Below the pieces are notes generated by a model, which worked only from the letters and a program-made list of their open reading frames with translations, was not told the origin of the DNA and ran no database searches. Positions 32,953 to 44,717 of a stretch of 64,000 nt of DNA are shown piece after piece. The stretch is from a virus (taxonomy: Duplodnaviria; Caudoviricetes), in IMG/VR virus record IMGVR_UViG_3300021387_000199, positions 32,001 through 96,000 of that record; one strand, 5' to 3'. The translations under genes and the position numbers were made by a program. The stretch's first letter is position 1, and each line of letters begins with the position of its first letter.

Positions 32953-33174
32953 ATGGCTAAGAAGTCTACTGACATCACTATGGAAATCAAGAAAGAGATC
33001 GGAAAGGTCGGCGATAAACTCCGGTTGAATCTGATCAGCTGGAACGGAGCCGAGCCGAAGTACGATCTTCGCGCCTGGTGGACAGATAAGAACGGAAACC
33101 TGAAGTATGGCAAGGGAATCACTCTTACCGCTCAGGAACTCAAGGACTTCGTCGATCTGGCGAAGTCTATTTAA
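32953..33174 (+). CDS. PC4/YdbC-like ssDNA-binding protein
   Basis: LNLISWNGAEPKYDLRAW...GKGITLT. Confidence 0.85.
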   Translation: MAKKSTDITMEIKKEIGKVGDKLRLNLISWNGAEPKYDLRAWWTDKNGNLKYGKGITLTAQELKDFVDLAKSI

Positions 33175-33237
33175 TTTACCCGTCGGTTAGTTATGTCAAA
33201 TGAAAATTAGATAGTTCAAATTAAGGAGGATTTTACC

Positions 33238-33744
33238 ATGTGTGTTAATAAAACTTTTTCTCAGCTCGATGGCAGTGTAGTCACCAACGGATATTACTCA
33301 ATTCGCTTCGTAATGGAGAACGACAGCCCGCGATTCGTCTTAAACGACGTGATGAAGAGCCTCGGTTATACGGCTCCGTACGTGTCAGCTACAACTTACC
33401 GTAAGAGATTCGGGCTCGGTAAGGTTATCAACGACCGGAACCAGCTGGTTATCTATGCCAGCAAGGAAGAAGCCGAGAAGATCTTCGCTCACCTGTACCT
33501 GATCACTGCTGACTTCAGGGAATTCTGGGAAAACGAAGTCGTGCCGGCAACTGACCACAAGTATGCTGCTCTGAGAACGGAGACCGCCACACTGAAGAAG
33601 GAGGTGAATAGTGAGAAGAGAATCAATGCTGACCTTAAGAGGATCCGCGACGAACTGAAGAAGGAAAACAGTGATCTGGCCGGGAAGATCGCCGGGCTGC
33701 TGAAAGAGAGGGCGACGATTCAGGAGATCCTCGGAGCCGCCTAA
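33238..33744 (+). CDS. BRO-N-like DNA-binding protein with coiled-coil tail
   Basis: IRFV...PRFVLNDVMKSLGY and F..W...EVVP pattern. Confidence 0.55.
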   Translation: MCVNKTFSQLDGSVVTNGYYSIRFVMENDSPRFVLNDVMKSLGYTAPYVSATTYRKRFGLGKVINDRNQLVIYASKEEAEKIFAHLYLITADFREFWENEVVPATDHKYAALRTETATLKKEVNSEKRINADLKRIRDELKKENSDLAGKIAGLLKERATIQEILGAA

Positions 33745-33759
33745 GAAAGGAGTTCGACA

Positions 33760-33999
33760 ATGAAATTAAGATTATTCAAAACCCGCAGACAGGGCACTTT
33801 GAAGATATTCGGCTATGACATCATGGACGAAGACAAAGGAATTATCATAGCCAGATCTTTGGAAGAGGCAAAGAAAATCTTCAAGAAAGAGTATCCCGAC
33901 AAAAAGATAGTCGATATGAGGGATGACAACGACGAGGCTGAAATTTGGGAAGAGACCGATGAGATAAAGAAAGGGCTGTACTGTACCGTTCCGTTCTGA
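33760..33999 (+). CDS. Hypothetical protein
   Basis: 79-aa ORF with SD. Confidence 0.6.
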   Translation: MKLRLFKTRRQGTLKIFGYDIMDEDKGIIIARSLEEAKKIFKKEYPDKKIVDMRDDNDEAEIWEETDEIKKGLYCTVPF

Positions 34000-34075
34000 T
34001 TAACAACTGAATACCGCAACCAAGGGAGAACTGATTATTCAGGTCTCTCTTTTTTGTACCCGAAAGGAGAACTAT

Positions 34076-34801
34076 ATGGCTAATCATCAGAAAGAAGCGA
34101 GAAACGTAAACGAGATGGATGCCGCTGTCATCGCGAAGAGACTGAAGAGGATGCTCGACTTCAGAAATGAATATCTTCAAGACGTAGAGAACGTTCATCT
34201 TCACCTTCAGAAAGGCAACGACAAGACCGGCGAAGACTGCTGGACTGTGTCACTGATCCCGATCGTGGACTGTGTCAACTGTTCCGGTTGTAAAGGGAAG
34301 TGTTACGACATCAGGAACGATTGTTGGAGACCTTTCGTTCAGAAAGACCGGGCGAGGAACTCGGCGATCCGATTAGCTGACCCGGAAAGGTTCTGGTCTG
34401 AGGTAGATATGCAGATCAAGGTGAACAACGTAAAGCAGCTGAGGGTTAACGTCGGCGGCGACCTGAGAGACGAAGATTTCTCTCTGGTGAGCCAGCTTGC
34501 TAAGAGAAACCGTGGTACCCTGATCCTTTTCTTCACGAAAAATTACGGCGGCATTAACGCGTTCCTGAAAGAGAGATCTTTCCCGGATAATGTAAAACCG
34601 ATCATCTCCCGCTGGCCGGATATGCCCTGTGACAATCCGTTCAATCTTCCTGTTTCCCACGTACTGTGGGCGGACGGATCTACTACGGCTCCGGAATACG
34701 GCGCGGTGTACTGTGGTGGTAACTGCTCTGAGTGTGTCATTAAGGGAGAAGGTTGCTGGACTTTGCCGAAAGGCGGACACGTTATCTTCCGGGCTCACTG
34801 A
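34076..34801 (+). CDS. Gp88-like Cys-rich protein
   Basis: GNDKTG, DCVNCSGCKGKCY, RVNVGGD, FFTK and CGGNCSEC motifs. Confidence 0.65.
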   Translation: MANHQKEARNVNEMDAAVIAKRLKRMLDFRNEYLQDVENVHLHLQKGNDKTGEDCWTVSLIPIVDCVNCSGCKGKCYDIRNDCWRPFVQKDRARNSAIRLADPERFWSEVDMQIKVNNVKQLRVNVGGDLRDEDFSLVSQLAKRNRGTLILFFTKNYGGINAFLKERSFPDNVKPIISRWPDMPCDNPFNLPVSHVLWADGSTTAPEYGAVYCGGNCSECVIKGEGCWTLPKGGHVIFRAH

Positions 34802-34916
34802 GTTCGGATCTCTGAAGGGAGGTGATTAGATTTAGGGCGTAGCGAAGAGAGATATTTAGAAGCAGTTAATAAGAAGATGATAACCGCTAAGGAATAGATA
34901 TAAGGAGGATTTAGAT

Positions 34917-35903
34917 ATGGCAGCTTGTGTAGAAACGATGATGTATGTAGGCGAGACCCCCTGGCATGGTTTAGGTCGGAGAGTGATTGAATGCCCGACA
35001 AGCGAAGAAGCTATCAAGGTAGCCGGGCTCGACTGGGACGTAATCCCGAAGCCGATCTACGACGAGTTCGGAAGAGAAATCCCGGGATTCAAGGTAAACC
35101 AGAGGAGTTCTGACCAGAAGAACCTCGGCATTGTTACTGATAGATACAAGATCGTTCAGAACCGGGAAGCGTTCGCCTTTACCGACGCTCTTCTCGGCGA
35201 GGGTGTTCGGTATGAGACTGCCGGATCTCTGGCTTCAGGCAAGAGAGTATGGATGCTTGCCAGACTGGAAAACACGACGATCGCGGAAGAGAACATCGAC
35301 CCCTATCTGGTGTTTACAAACAGCCACGACGGAACCGGCGCGGTAAGAGTTGCTATTACACCTGTCAGGGTCGTGTGCCAGAACACTTTGAATCTTGCTC
35401 TTCAGAACGCGTCTCGCCACTGGAGCTGTGCTCACAAGGGAGACATTCAGGGGAAACTTGAGGAAGCGAGATACACTCTTGAGTCCGCAGATCGCTACAT
35501 GAAGGCTCTTGAGGAAGAGTTCGGTGAACTGAAGATGAAGAAGCTTTCTGATTCTCAGGTCGATCAGATGACAGACAAGCTTCTGGAGATTGAGTTCGCA
35601 GATCTGTTTAAGAAGGCAGTCAAAACAGGCAAGGTTGTTGACTTCAAGGAGGCCCTGAGGCAGCAGAAGTACGAAGACAAACTGAAGAGAAAGAAGAACG
35701 ACATCCTGACGATCTATCATGACAAGCCGGATCTTAGAGGAACTGAGCGGTCGGCTTTCCGATTTGTGAACGCTGTGAGCGACTATGCCACACATACCGC
35801 AGATCACAAAAACACAGCGAATTATCAGGAAAACCTGTTTATGAAGACAGTAGACGGAAATGGCCTGATCGACACGAGCTATCAGTTGGCTCTGGCTGTC
35901 TGA
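34917..35903 (+). CDS. DUF932/DUF945 family protein
   Basis: PWHGLG, YKIVQNREAF, ETAGSL, NSHDG and RVVCQNT motifs. Confidence 0.88.
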   Translation: MAACVETMMYVGETPWHGLGRRVIECPTSEEAIKVAGLDWDVIPKPIYDEFGREIPGFKVNQRSSDQKNLGIVTDRYKIVQNREAFAFTDALLGEGVRYETAGSLASGKRVWMLARLENTTIAEENIDPYLVFTNSHDGTGAVRVAITPVRVVCQNTLNLALQNASRHWSCAHKGDIQGKLEEARYTLESADRYMKALEEEFGELKMKKLSDSQVDQMTDKLLEIEFADLFKKAVKTGKVVDFKEALRQQKYEDKLKRKKNDILTIYHDKPDLRGTERSAFRFVNAVSDYATHTADHKNTANYQENLFMKTVDGNGLIDTSYQLALAV

Positions 35904-35970
35904 TCTTTATATCCAGGAAAGAGGAACGTAAACGGCGGGGCTTCGGCTCCGCCTACTAAGTAAGGGAGGA

Positions 35971-38900
35971 ATGGCTATGAACGATAGACTCAGGGAACTC
36001 GTGGAACTCAGTGAGGCGGTAGACGTGATCTGTAAGGAGGTGAAGAAGAGCAATGAAGAGAAGAAGCTGATCCTGAAAGGGAATCTGGAAGTCCGTTGGA
36101 ACCAGATGTGGGAAGACCTCAACGATCTCCTTATAGCTTGTCAGAACTTGAAATACCCCGGCTACCACCGCCTGAAGAAAGTCAGTTTCGGTTATCCGTA
36201 CGGGTACAATGCCCTTCACGACTGGGGCGTGACGCTGATTTATAATTCCGGCTTTTGCCCTAAGGTAATGATCGACAATAGAGAGGGATGGAGAGAAGCA
36301 ACATGGAAAGGAGATCGTTACGGTTTCAGTTATTGGTACCGTTGCGAGCCGAAGGTACTTGAGATGTTACTCGACAACTGGCCGAGGGTTTATTCGGAAC
36401 TGGAAAACACCGTGGCTGAAGAACTCGCAAAGAGTATCCGTGATCAGGCGGAAGCGGCGCGAAAGGAAACTGAAGAACTGAACAGGAAGCTGAACGCTTA
36501 AGAAGGAAGGGAGCTGGTTATGTTGACGATGAAGGTAAGGACGACGGAACCGCTGACGTTCGAAGAGATCTTTTCTCTGACCGGGAAAGACGCGCTCATA
36601 ACGCTTGATGGTTATAAATGTCGCATCATGAACGCAAGCCCGGGACAGATCGTCGATGTAAATAGAGTCGTCTGGAGTTCGAAGCAGAACATCCAGTGGG
36701 GATTGCGCGAAGTGAAAGGCAAACCGTATAGATTCCTGGCGTTTAAGTGTGAAGTGATCGAGTAAGAGAAAGGAGATCGCTATGCATAGCAGAATTATTC
36801 AGATTAGTCACGAACCGATTACTGAGGAAGATTACCTCGATGAGTACAGATACGTCGACGGATTCGTCGGACACATTGCCGACTACGTAAGCGAAAGCGA
36901 TAGAGCAAGCGACATTGATTGGCTTGAAAACTGTTTAAACGGCGCGATAGAAGTCAGCAAAGATAAGAGCTTCTTCTGGGTAACAGACAAGGCGAAGTAC
37001 TTCGAACGGAAGTTTGAGGGATTTCAAGAATATGCGAGGAAACTTTCGGGTTTCACTCTAGAAGACTTCGCCGGCGATGGGGAAGCAAGGAAATGGGGCG
37101 AGTCACTTGACAGCGTAATGTGGGAACTCAGGAACGCTTATGACGATGAGTATGCCTTCTACGTAGACGACGGCGATGAATACGCCGGAATAGAAACGCT
37201 TGACTCATTCATGAGACGCGCAGTGAACGGGGATAAGTATTATCTCGGAGCAACGTTTGATTATCACTTCTGAAAGGAGACACAAGATATGGAAACAAAG
37301 ATTAGAGTATGGAACATCGAATGGGATACTGATGGAGAAGTTATTGATGATCTGCCAACGGAAGTTATTATTGACAATCCTACAGAGGAGATGTGTGAAG
37401 CTGTTGGCGGATTTGATGATGTGTTGGCCGACTATCTGTCGGATGAATATGGTTTTTGTGTGTTTGGATTTAATGCAGAGTTAAAAACGGCGAGGAAGTA
37501 GTTGAGAACGAACTGTCCGGAGATATCAACTGAATCTGAAAGGGAGGTGGCAACAATGGCAAGCAAAATCACGAAAGAGAGCTGGAACATTATTTTCGAA
37601 GGGATCATTGATGTGATAGACAGGAATCTCGCGGATCCTATCTCGATGAAGACAGAGCTTGAGGATTACCTGACCGGGGAAGGGATCATTGAGGTGATAA
37701 GAGAGGAGGACGAAACATGAAGCTGATTAAGCAGCCGGTGATCATGTTGACCGACGAAGAGAAGAAGACGCTTAGCGCCGCCGCCGAGATCTTCAAGGAA
37801 ATTGAAGACGTCCTGAGAGACAACAGGCAACAGGGATATACACCGTTTCAGGAAGGGCTGAACGCGCCGATGTCCTTCTGGGATATTTACCACTGCGTCA
37901 ACAGAATCGACAATGAAGAACTGATTCCGTAAGGGGGTGATCGGATGAACGGAATTAACTGGGGAACAGTAGCTGACAACTTCTTTGACAGAGGCACAAT
38001 TTTTAACCTTGTTGAATATTTAGAGTCAAACGCTTCAGAGGCTGTCGAAGTAGCTAAGAATGGGGGAGACATCTACGACCTTGACAATATGGTTCATCTA
38101 AGGGAATTGCTCGGGTTTTCAGTGAGCTATAACCTGTACCACTACATCGACAATCATTACGATGGTGGAATTCTGGAACTCGATAAGGAAGACTTCCCGG
38201 CTTTGGTATGGCTGGTCGAAGACTACGTCAAGAACGGATGGCAGATCGAGAAACAGGACATCTGGAAAGATTACGACTTTGATTCCGAAAAGGACCAGTA
38301 CGGATTTGTAGGCTGGCACAAGAGAGTGAAGGAGGGAATCATATGACGACGAAAGAGAAACTGATCTACGTAGATATCTACGCCGATTCCACCGGTCAGT
38401 ACTCAGAGGGCGACGTTAATTATTGCAACTGTGTTTCTGTTCAGGTTCCGGAAGAGATCGTCCGCCAGTGGTTCGAAGAGGAGTGCCGGGACTTCTACGA
38501 CTACTCCATAACATTCGAGGAATGGCTGCGGGATTATTACACCTGTGACGACACAGACGGTCTGTATCAGTTCTCAGTGGAACACGGTTACTGCCCGGTC
38601 TGCGGTCGCAAGTGTGATGGCTGGATTTGGTACGAGTAAGGGAGGAGAAATCGTCATGGCGAGATATTACGTAACGATCAAAGTAGACGGTAGGTATGTC
38701 GCGGAGGTTAAAGCCGATTCGATTAAGGAAGCAAAGGAACTCGGTATGGATGAGTTTAGGGTTGCGAATCTCAACGAAACAGAAATTGTAGACTGTGAGG
38801 CGATCATTGTCGAAGACGAGAAAGATATTGTGTGGGAAGCGTAAGAAGAGAAAGGAGAAATCGTCATGACTAACGTACAGTACAAGATTTATCAGCTCAG

Positions 38901-41900
38901 AAGTATCCGCAATACCGACTACGCATTCTGCGGTTGGAATGAAGCAAAAGACCACGGTTTTGATATCAGCGATTACAGAGAAGTTTATTCCGGCGAGATC
39001 CCGCAGAAGAACTGCCTTGACGAACTGTTCAGGATCTTCAATCTGGAACACCCGGCTGACTTCACTGGGCATTCTCTTTCAGTATCAGATGTGGTTGCTA
39101 TTAAGGAAGAAGGGAACGATTACTGGTACTGGTTTTACTGCGATAGCTTCGGCTGGGAAGAGATCACGGAGAAGGTAAGCGGATAAGGAGGGGATAACAT
39201 GGATAAAAACAAACTGCGTGTAAAAGTAGAGGCAATAGCGGAAGCATTTGAAAACTATTGTGACACACTTGATGCGATAGAATATGAGTTGTTCTATGAC
39301 GCACTTAATGATGTACTCGCACTTTGTGATGAAAATGATGTTTCGGCAATTTGCAACGGCAACAAATAAAACGGTTATTTAATGCAGATCTTGTAGATTA
39401 ATATAATGATAAGGAAAGGAATTAGTCATGGCAAAGTGGGTAAAAACTTGCAAGGAATTTTCAGATGTAAGGGAACTTATTAAAAAAGTTGACAGCGTGG
39501 GCATTATGAAATCCCTTCTGAATATATGCCGGAAATATTCAAGGGATAAAGAATTTGATTTTGCATATGATTTTGAAACTTTGGGTGACGAAATTGAAGA
39601 TGAGCTGTTAGATGAAGACAATGTAAGGGAAAACGAAGATGTTGCAGATTATTACCTTGGTGAATTCTATGATCTTTGTGATGCTGCAAGGATTTGGCTG
39701 GCAATGTAAATGGATTGGATGCAATAAAAGATAAGTTTGAAGGGAGATGATTGTATGAAAAATAAGATTAGTATTAATGCAGTCGCTTTACTGACAGAGC
39801 AGATGAAAACTGATAATGCAGACAAAACATTGCAGTGGTTCAAGCGGAATAGAAATGATTTTAACGCAGATGATCTTGCGAATATAGTAGAAGAGTTTCT
39901 GAGAGGGATTCAAGAGGATGGTGTTATACAGCTACTAGAGGATGTTGGTTGTGAACTAGATGAAACATATGATGATTTATACCAGCTTTTATGAAGGGAG
40001 AAAAACTATGACAATTTACTTAGTTTGGTGTGGCAATGATGAAATGGAAGATATGCTTGTTGGAGTTGCGGATACAAGAGAACAGGCAGAAAGAATGAAA
40101 GAAAAACTGGAAAGTGTATTTGAGGATACATATGAGTATCATATTCAGCCTTGGGTAAAGAACCAGGTAACTATTAACGAAGTACAGTATAGGTACTAAT
40201 AAAACTCGCCTTTAATGAAGGGAAGTGACGACATGATCAAATGGAAACGGATAGAAGCTGGTGAATATGAAAGCGAAGATGGCAGATTTTATATCATAAA
40301 AACATGGAACAGGATTTATGGTGATCATTGGCGACTGTTTGATAGAAATGATGATGATTATTATAAAGGTTTATATCAAGAAAAAACATTGTTTGAATGT
40401 AAGTTAAAAGCTGAAGCAATAAATTAACTATATGAATGGAAATGATGACATGCCAAAAGAAATTGAATTAAGAACAAACTTAGACTGGGCTGGAGAGTTC
40501 CAGACAATGGCAGAAAGAATGAGACTTTGTAAATCCGAAGAACAGATGTACAGGCAGCTCCAGAGATTCAAAGAAGAATTCAATACCGAGTACGGAAGAC
40601 TTAGTAGAACGCAGCGAAGCAGAACTGGGTTTAGATGGAAATGAAAGACACGTTTGATGAAGGGAGGTACACTATGGACGGAATTGAAAAAGTTAATCAG
40701 ATCGTCAGATCAATTACGGATATGCTACCGATGATTTATGACAGCTGTGTAACCGATGAATACAAGGCAACTCACTTTCTGACGGATCCTGACAGAACAG
40801 AAATCTTGAGCAGTAACGAAAGTGAAGTTGAAGCGCTGGCCAACCTGTTCGATCAGCTTTATGGCGAAGGTACCTGTAACACTGGGTACTATGATCCCGT
40901 CGAGGATGAGCGCAACGGAGAGGTTGATGCCTATACGGGATTGTATTACGTGAGTATTGCTTAAGAAAGGAGATAAGGCCATATGAGCTATGTACTGAAC
41001 GTAGGGCAAATCAAGGTAAACAAGCCGATCACTGAAGAGACGAAGGCAATTCTGGATGAGGTATTCGGAAGCGAGATCTGTGAGGTAGGAGGCGACTTAC
41101 TTTTCTTTGATGAGTATTACGACAAGTGGTTCGACGAAACGCTTCAGGCAGCCGTGAACAGAGTGGAGTCTCTCGGATACGTCCTAAACGGAGAAGTCGC
41201 TTTCTACGGTGATTACGGAGACGGCAGGATCGAGATAAGAGACAACAGAATTAGCGTTCTGAGCGTAGAAGAAGCGGCTATAGTCGATGCCTCAGACGAG
41301 ACACTGATCGAGGAACTGAAGAAGAGAGGTTACGACGTACTTAAGAAGGGAGATATGAACCTGACAGATCTCTTCTGTAGATTCTTATCCGCTCAGGAAG
41401 ATTACCGTGAGCTGTACTACATCTATGAGGATCTGAAAGAGGCCGGCGCTACGAAAGAGGAACTGGAATATGTCGGGTACGAAGATTATATAGACGAAGA
41501 GGAGGGAAAGGCGTGAACGAGATCAGGAACGATTTCATCTGGGATCTGACGGAAGAAGACTGGAAGAAATATCCTAAAGAAATGCTGAATAACCTTGAGT
41601 CTTACGGCTGTTACAACACAGCCGGCGTCGTAGGAAACTGCTGGATTGGTGAGCTCTGCTTCGACTTCAGGGCTTGGGGTGACGAAACTGGCGCGGCTCT
41701 TGGTTATGAGCTGTACGTTGGTGGGGTAGACAGTGGCTATAACGAAACACCGAACGGATATCCGTACGATCTGATCGAAGAATTCGGCGAGTTCGATCTG
41801 GGGATTCTGGATCTTTCCGTAGACAAGTTCAAAGAGATCGCGGAACCTCTGCTGAAACAGTTTATCCTGAAGGCAAATCACGACTATAAGCCGGCGGATC

Positions 41901-43582
41901 TCGTAGAGAAAGCGAACGCTAAGACGATCAAATTCTAAGAGGAGAGAACAATGATTGAATTTAATAACGGCAAGGTAATCTACGGAACCCTGAGAGAGTG
42001 TGTGGATGAGGTGTTTAAGAGAATTGACTTTGAGAAAGCGTTCCCTAAGTTCCCGGACTTCGACTTCGCGGCGATCGTTGAAGAAGGTCTTCAGCCGGCA
42101 GATTTCTCGACTGATCCGACAAATAACGCGGAGTCGTGGTTCGGTTGTAAGGATCTCGGAAGAGTTTATCAGACCGATACGATTTCGCTCTTCATCGGTC
42201 ATTACACCGGCGGCGGGATCGAGTCTATGGAATTGAGAGGCGAAGACCCTGAAAGGGAAAAGAAAACGTTAATGGTTCGAATGGGCGCTTCAACAGACGA
42301 CATAGGGCTTGGCGTCCTGGATCCGGACGATTACACAATGTTTGAGTTTGTATAAGGAGGTGGTCGTATGAACCTTAGATTAGTGACTTGGGACGGGGAT
42401 CTGACGCAGTTTCTCGTAGAAGCAGACAATAATATAGAAGCGGTAGACAAGGCAATTCAGGCACACTGGGAATACGACAAAGACAACTGGGGTAAGAGAA
42501 ACTCCAAGGACGAAGACGACGCGGAGATAATCGCGGCAATCAACGATAGGTCGCTGTACGCGGTCGAAAATGTAGATCTGAGCTTATTAGCCGAAATCTG
42601 TCAGAGGATAGATTGCTGGGGTCGGTTCGGGGAAGCGATCGTGTTCGGTTGAAAGGAGGTAAACATATGTTGCTTGGTGATATGTATGATTTTGAAGATA
42701 GAACAAAAGAAGAGATGATCGAAGACTACGGAATAACGACAGGACTTTCGATCTATTTAGCGATTAAAGCCGTTAATTGTCTTGACGAAGGAAATTGGGA
42801 GGACGTTGCCGACGCTATTCACGAAGAACTTGTTAACTATATTGACGAGTGAAGGGAGGGATCAATAGTGAAAAAAGACAAATTTGTATACGTCGACAGC
42901 CAGGCGGCGATTTTGCTCGACGGACAGGAAATCGACATTGACCTTGAGTACGATCCTGAAAGGGATCTTTTTTTAGTTGAGGCATCTTGTGAGCGCTGGA
43001 TAAGCGACTTCGTAGATTTTAACGATCAGTACTATTCGGACGACCCCTTGAACGAGGAGCTAATCGAGGAAGCGAGAGAGGACTGCGCGAGGATTACCGG
43101 CTGGTACGAGACTCTGAGAGAAATCAACGAGAAGATCGAACGGATCTGCGAGCAGGGAAGTTACTACGATTTCACTTGGGAATATGAGGATGGAACACCG
43201 GTGGAATAAGAAAGGAGGTACTGAAACGAAAAACAGATACAGGAAAGCCCGGGCGGACGAAAGGAAATACTTCGCCGTTCAGGCTAAAATCGAGAAGCTG
43301 CTTAATAATAAGGAAGAAACCGCACCGGACGACGTCGATGAGTTCTGCCGACGGAACGGGATTAGACAGAGCAAGGCCGGGGATAGTTTCTACTTCAGGA
43401 TCGGCGGGAAGAGCTACCGGATAAGTAACCACACTGAACAGTATAGCAACGTGTGTTCCCGGGATCTGAAGGGAAGAAAGATTAGGAACTGTTACCACGG
43501 GAAATCAAGCCGGACAACCACTATCCTGGCTCAGAGATCGGAAGTGAAACGGATATATGAGAAGCTGAGGCTAATGGCTTAA
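35971..43582 (+). other. Array of about 24 short, mostly acidic hypothetical genes (host-takeover/accessory region)
   Basis: Tightly packed SD-preceded ORFs, e.g. 35971..36501, 36782..37273, 37945..38346, 40983..41516, 41513..41938, 41951..42355, 42868..43209, 43226..43582. Confidence 0.7.
38866..39186 (+). CDS. YodL-domain protein
   Basis: YKIYQL...FNLEHPADFTGHSLSVSDVV...YCDSFGW. Confidence 0.85.
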   Translation: MTNVQYKIYQLRSIRNTDYAFCGWNEAKDHGFDISDYREVYSGEIPQKNCLDELFRIFNLEHPADFTGHSLSVSDVVAIKEEGNDYWYWFYCDSFGWEEITEKVSG

Positions 43583-43643
43583 CCGGAAGGCAGATTAAGA
43601 AACAAATAGTAACACTGATCTATGACAGAGGTAAGAATTGTAT

Positions 43644-43676
43644 AAAAACTCCCCGTGACACTAGTAATCACGGGGT
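43644..43676 (-). terminator. Intrinsic terminator of the minus-strand mini-gene
   Basis: CCCCGTGA/TCACGGGG stem followed by TTTTT on the minus strand. Confidence 0.7.
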
Positions 43677-43693
43677 TACCAGAGACCTAACGA

Positions 43694-43858
43694 TTAATCT
43701 CGGATATAATTAAGGACGTCACTTAATACAGAGCCGAAATCGTTAAGCATCCGCTTTGACTACGGGATTTTGATGAGGCGTTTTACCCGTTCGGCTAACT
43801 GATGGATCAGCTATCCAATCAAAGCGGAGACGATTGCTTGAAAGAAAAGATCCTTCAT
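43694..43858 (-). CDS. Small hydrophobic peptide (type I toxin-like), 2 in-frame TAG (43811, 43760)
   Basis: GGAGGTG SD; MKDLFFQAIVSALIG*LIHQLAERVKRLIKIP*SKRML...; own promoter and terminator. Confidence 0.5.
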
Positions 43859-43944
43859 GACAACCACCTCCTTCCTCTGTGTTAGATGGTGCTAAGTAAG
43901 AGATCACCCATCACTGTCCATCATTGTGGTGGGTGATTACCCGG

Positions 43945-43973
43945 ATTATATACCTGAAAGAAAAGATACACAA
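43945..43973 (-). promoter_or_regulatory. SigA-type promoter
   Basis: TTGTGT-17 bp-TATAAT. Confidence 0.65.
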
Positions 43974-44031
43974 GTTATTTCAGGCTGTGCTTCAAAGGGG
44001 ATCCTTCGGGGTCCCTTTTAGATTGGGCCGC

Positions 44032-44060
44032 AGTATAATGGATAGACGGAGTAAAGTCAA
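44032..44060 (-). promoter_or_regulatory. SigA-type promoter followed closely by a GC hairpin (about 43995-44019)
   Basis: TTGACT-17 bp-TATACT. Confidence 0.6.
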
Positions 44061-44114
44061 GACTTGTTTGAACGGGGGAATGGAGATAATATTATAGAAG
44101 GAGGTGTATGTGCT

Positions 44115-44717
44115 ATGAATGATTCCGCAGATAATAAAAACGATAAGAAAGAAGAAAAGAAATATATCGTTACTCGTCCACAAAAAGTGGTTTCTGAATA
44201 TGGTTATGATCCGTCGTTGGCAAGGTATCTGCTGTCAAGATTGTTCTTCCCGATTCTTTTATGTCCTTTCTTAATGCTTATTCAAGGCGGGTGGATTTTT
44301 ATTCCGATTATCTTGTTTAGCGTGATCGGAACTGCTGTTTATAAGTATTATGAATTGTATCCGAAATCCCGCCCGGCAACGGAATCAGAGATCAGAGTTT
44401 ATAAGCTTATGAAGATGAGGGAAGCGATTAAAGCTAAAGATCGCTACGACGCACATATTAGTACAGTAGACGAATTTGGTTGGTATAAAGATCGGGGCGA
44501 TCGGTACAGCGACAAAACAATAAAGACTATTAATCTTTACGAATTTGATGAGAATGAAATACCAGATTGGTTTTGGAAAGATAAAAAAAGAAAAGAAACA
44601 AAGTTTAGGGAAGAAATTAAAAAAGGCTTTTCTGAAATGGAAGAGGAGTATGGGCCAAACTGGTACGAAATATGTAAGAAGGAGGTAGAAAATAGTGGTC
44701 TCTGGAACGTTAATTAG
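44115..44717 (+). CDS. Membrane protein (2 TM), low GC
   Basis: LFFPILLCPFLMLI / WIFIPIILFSVIGTAVY hydrophobic pair. Confidence 0.7.
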   Translation: MNDSADNKNDKKEEKKYIVTRPQKVVSEYGYDPSLARYLLSRLFFPILLCPFLMLIQGGWIFIPIILFSVIGTAVYKYYELYPKSRPATESEIRVYKLMKMREAIKAKDRYDAHISTVDEFGWYKDRGDRYSDKTIKTINLYEFDENEIPDWFWKDKKRKETKFREEIKKGFSEMEEEYGPNWYEICKKEVENSGLWNVN

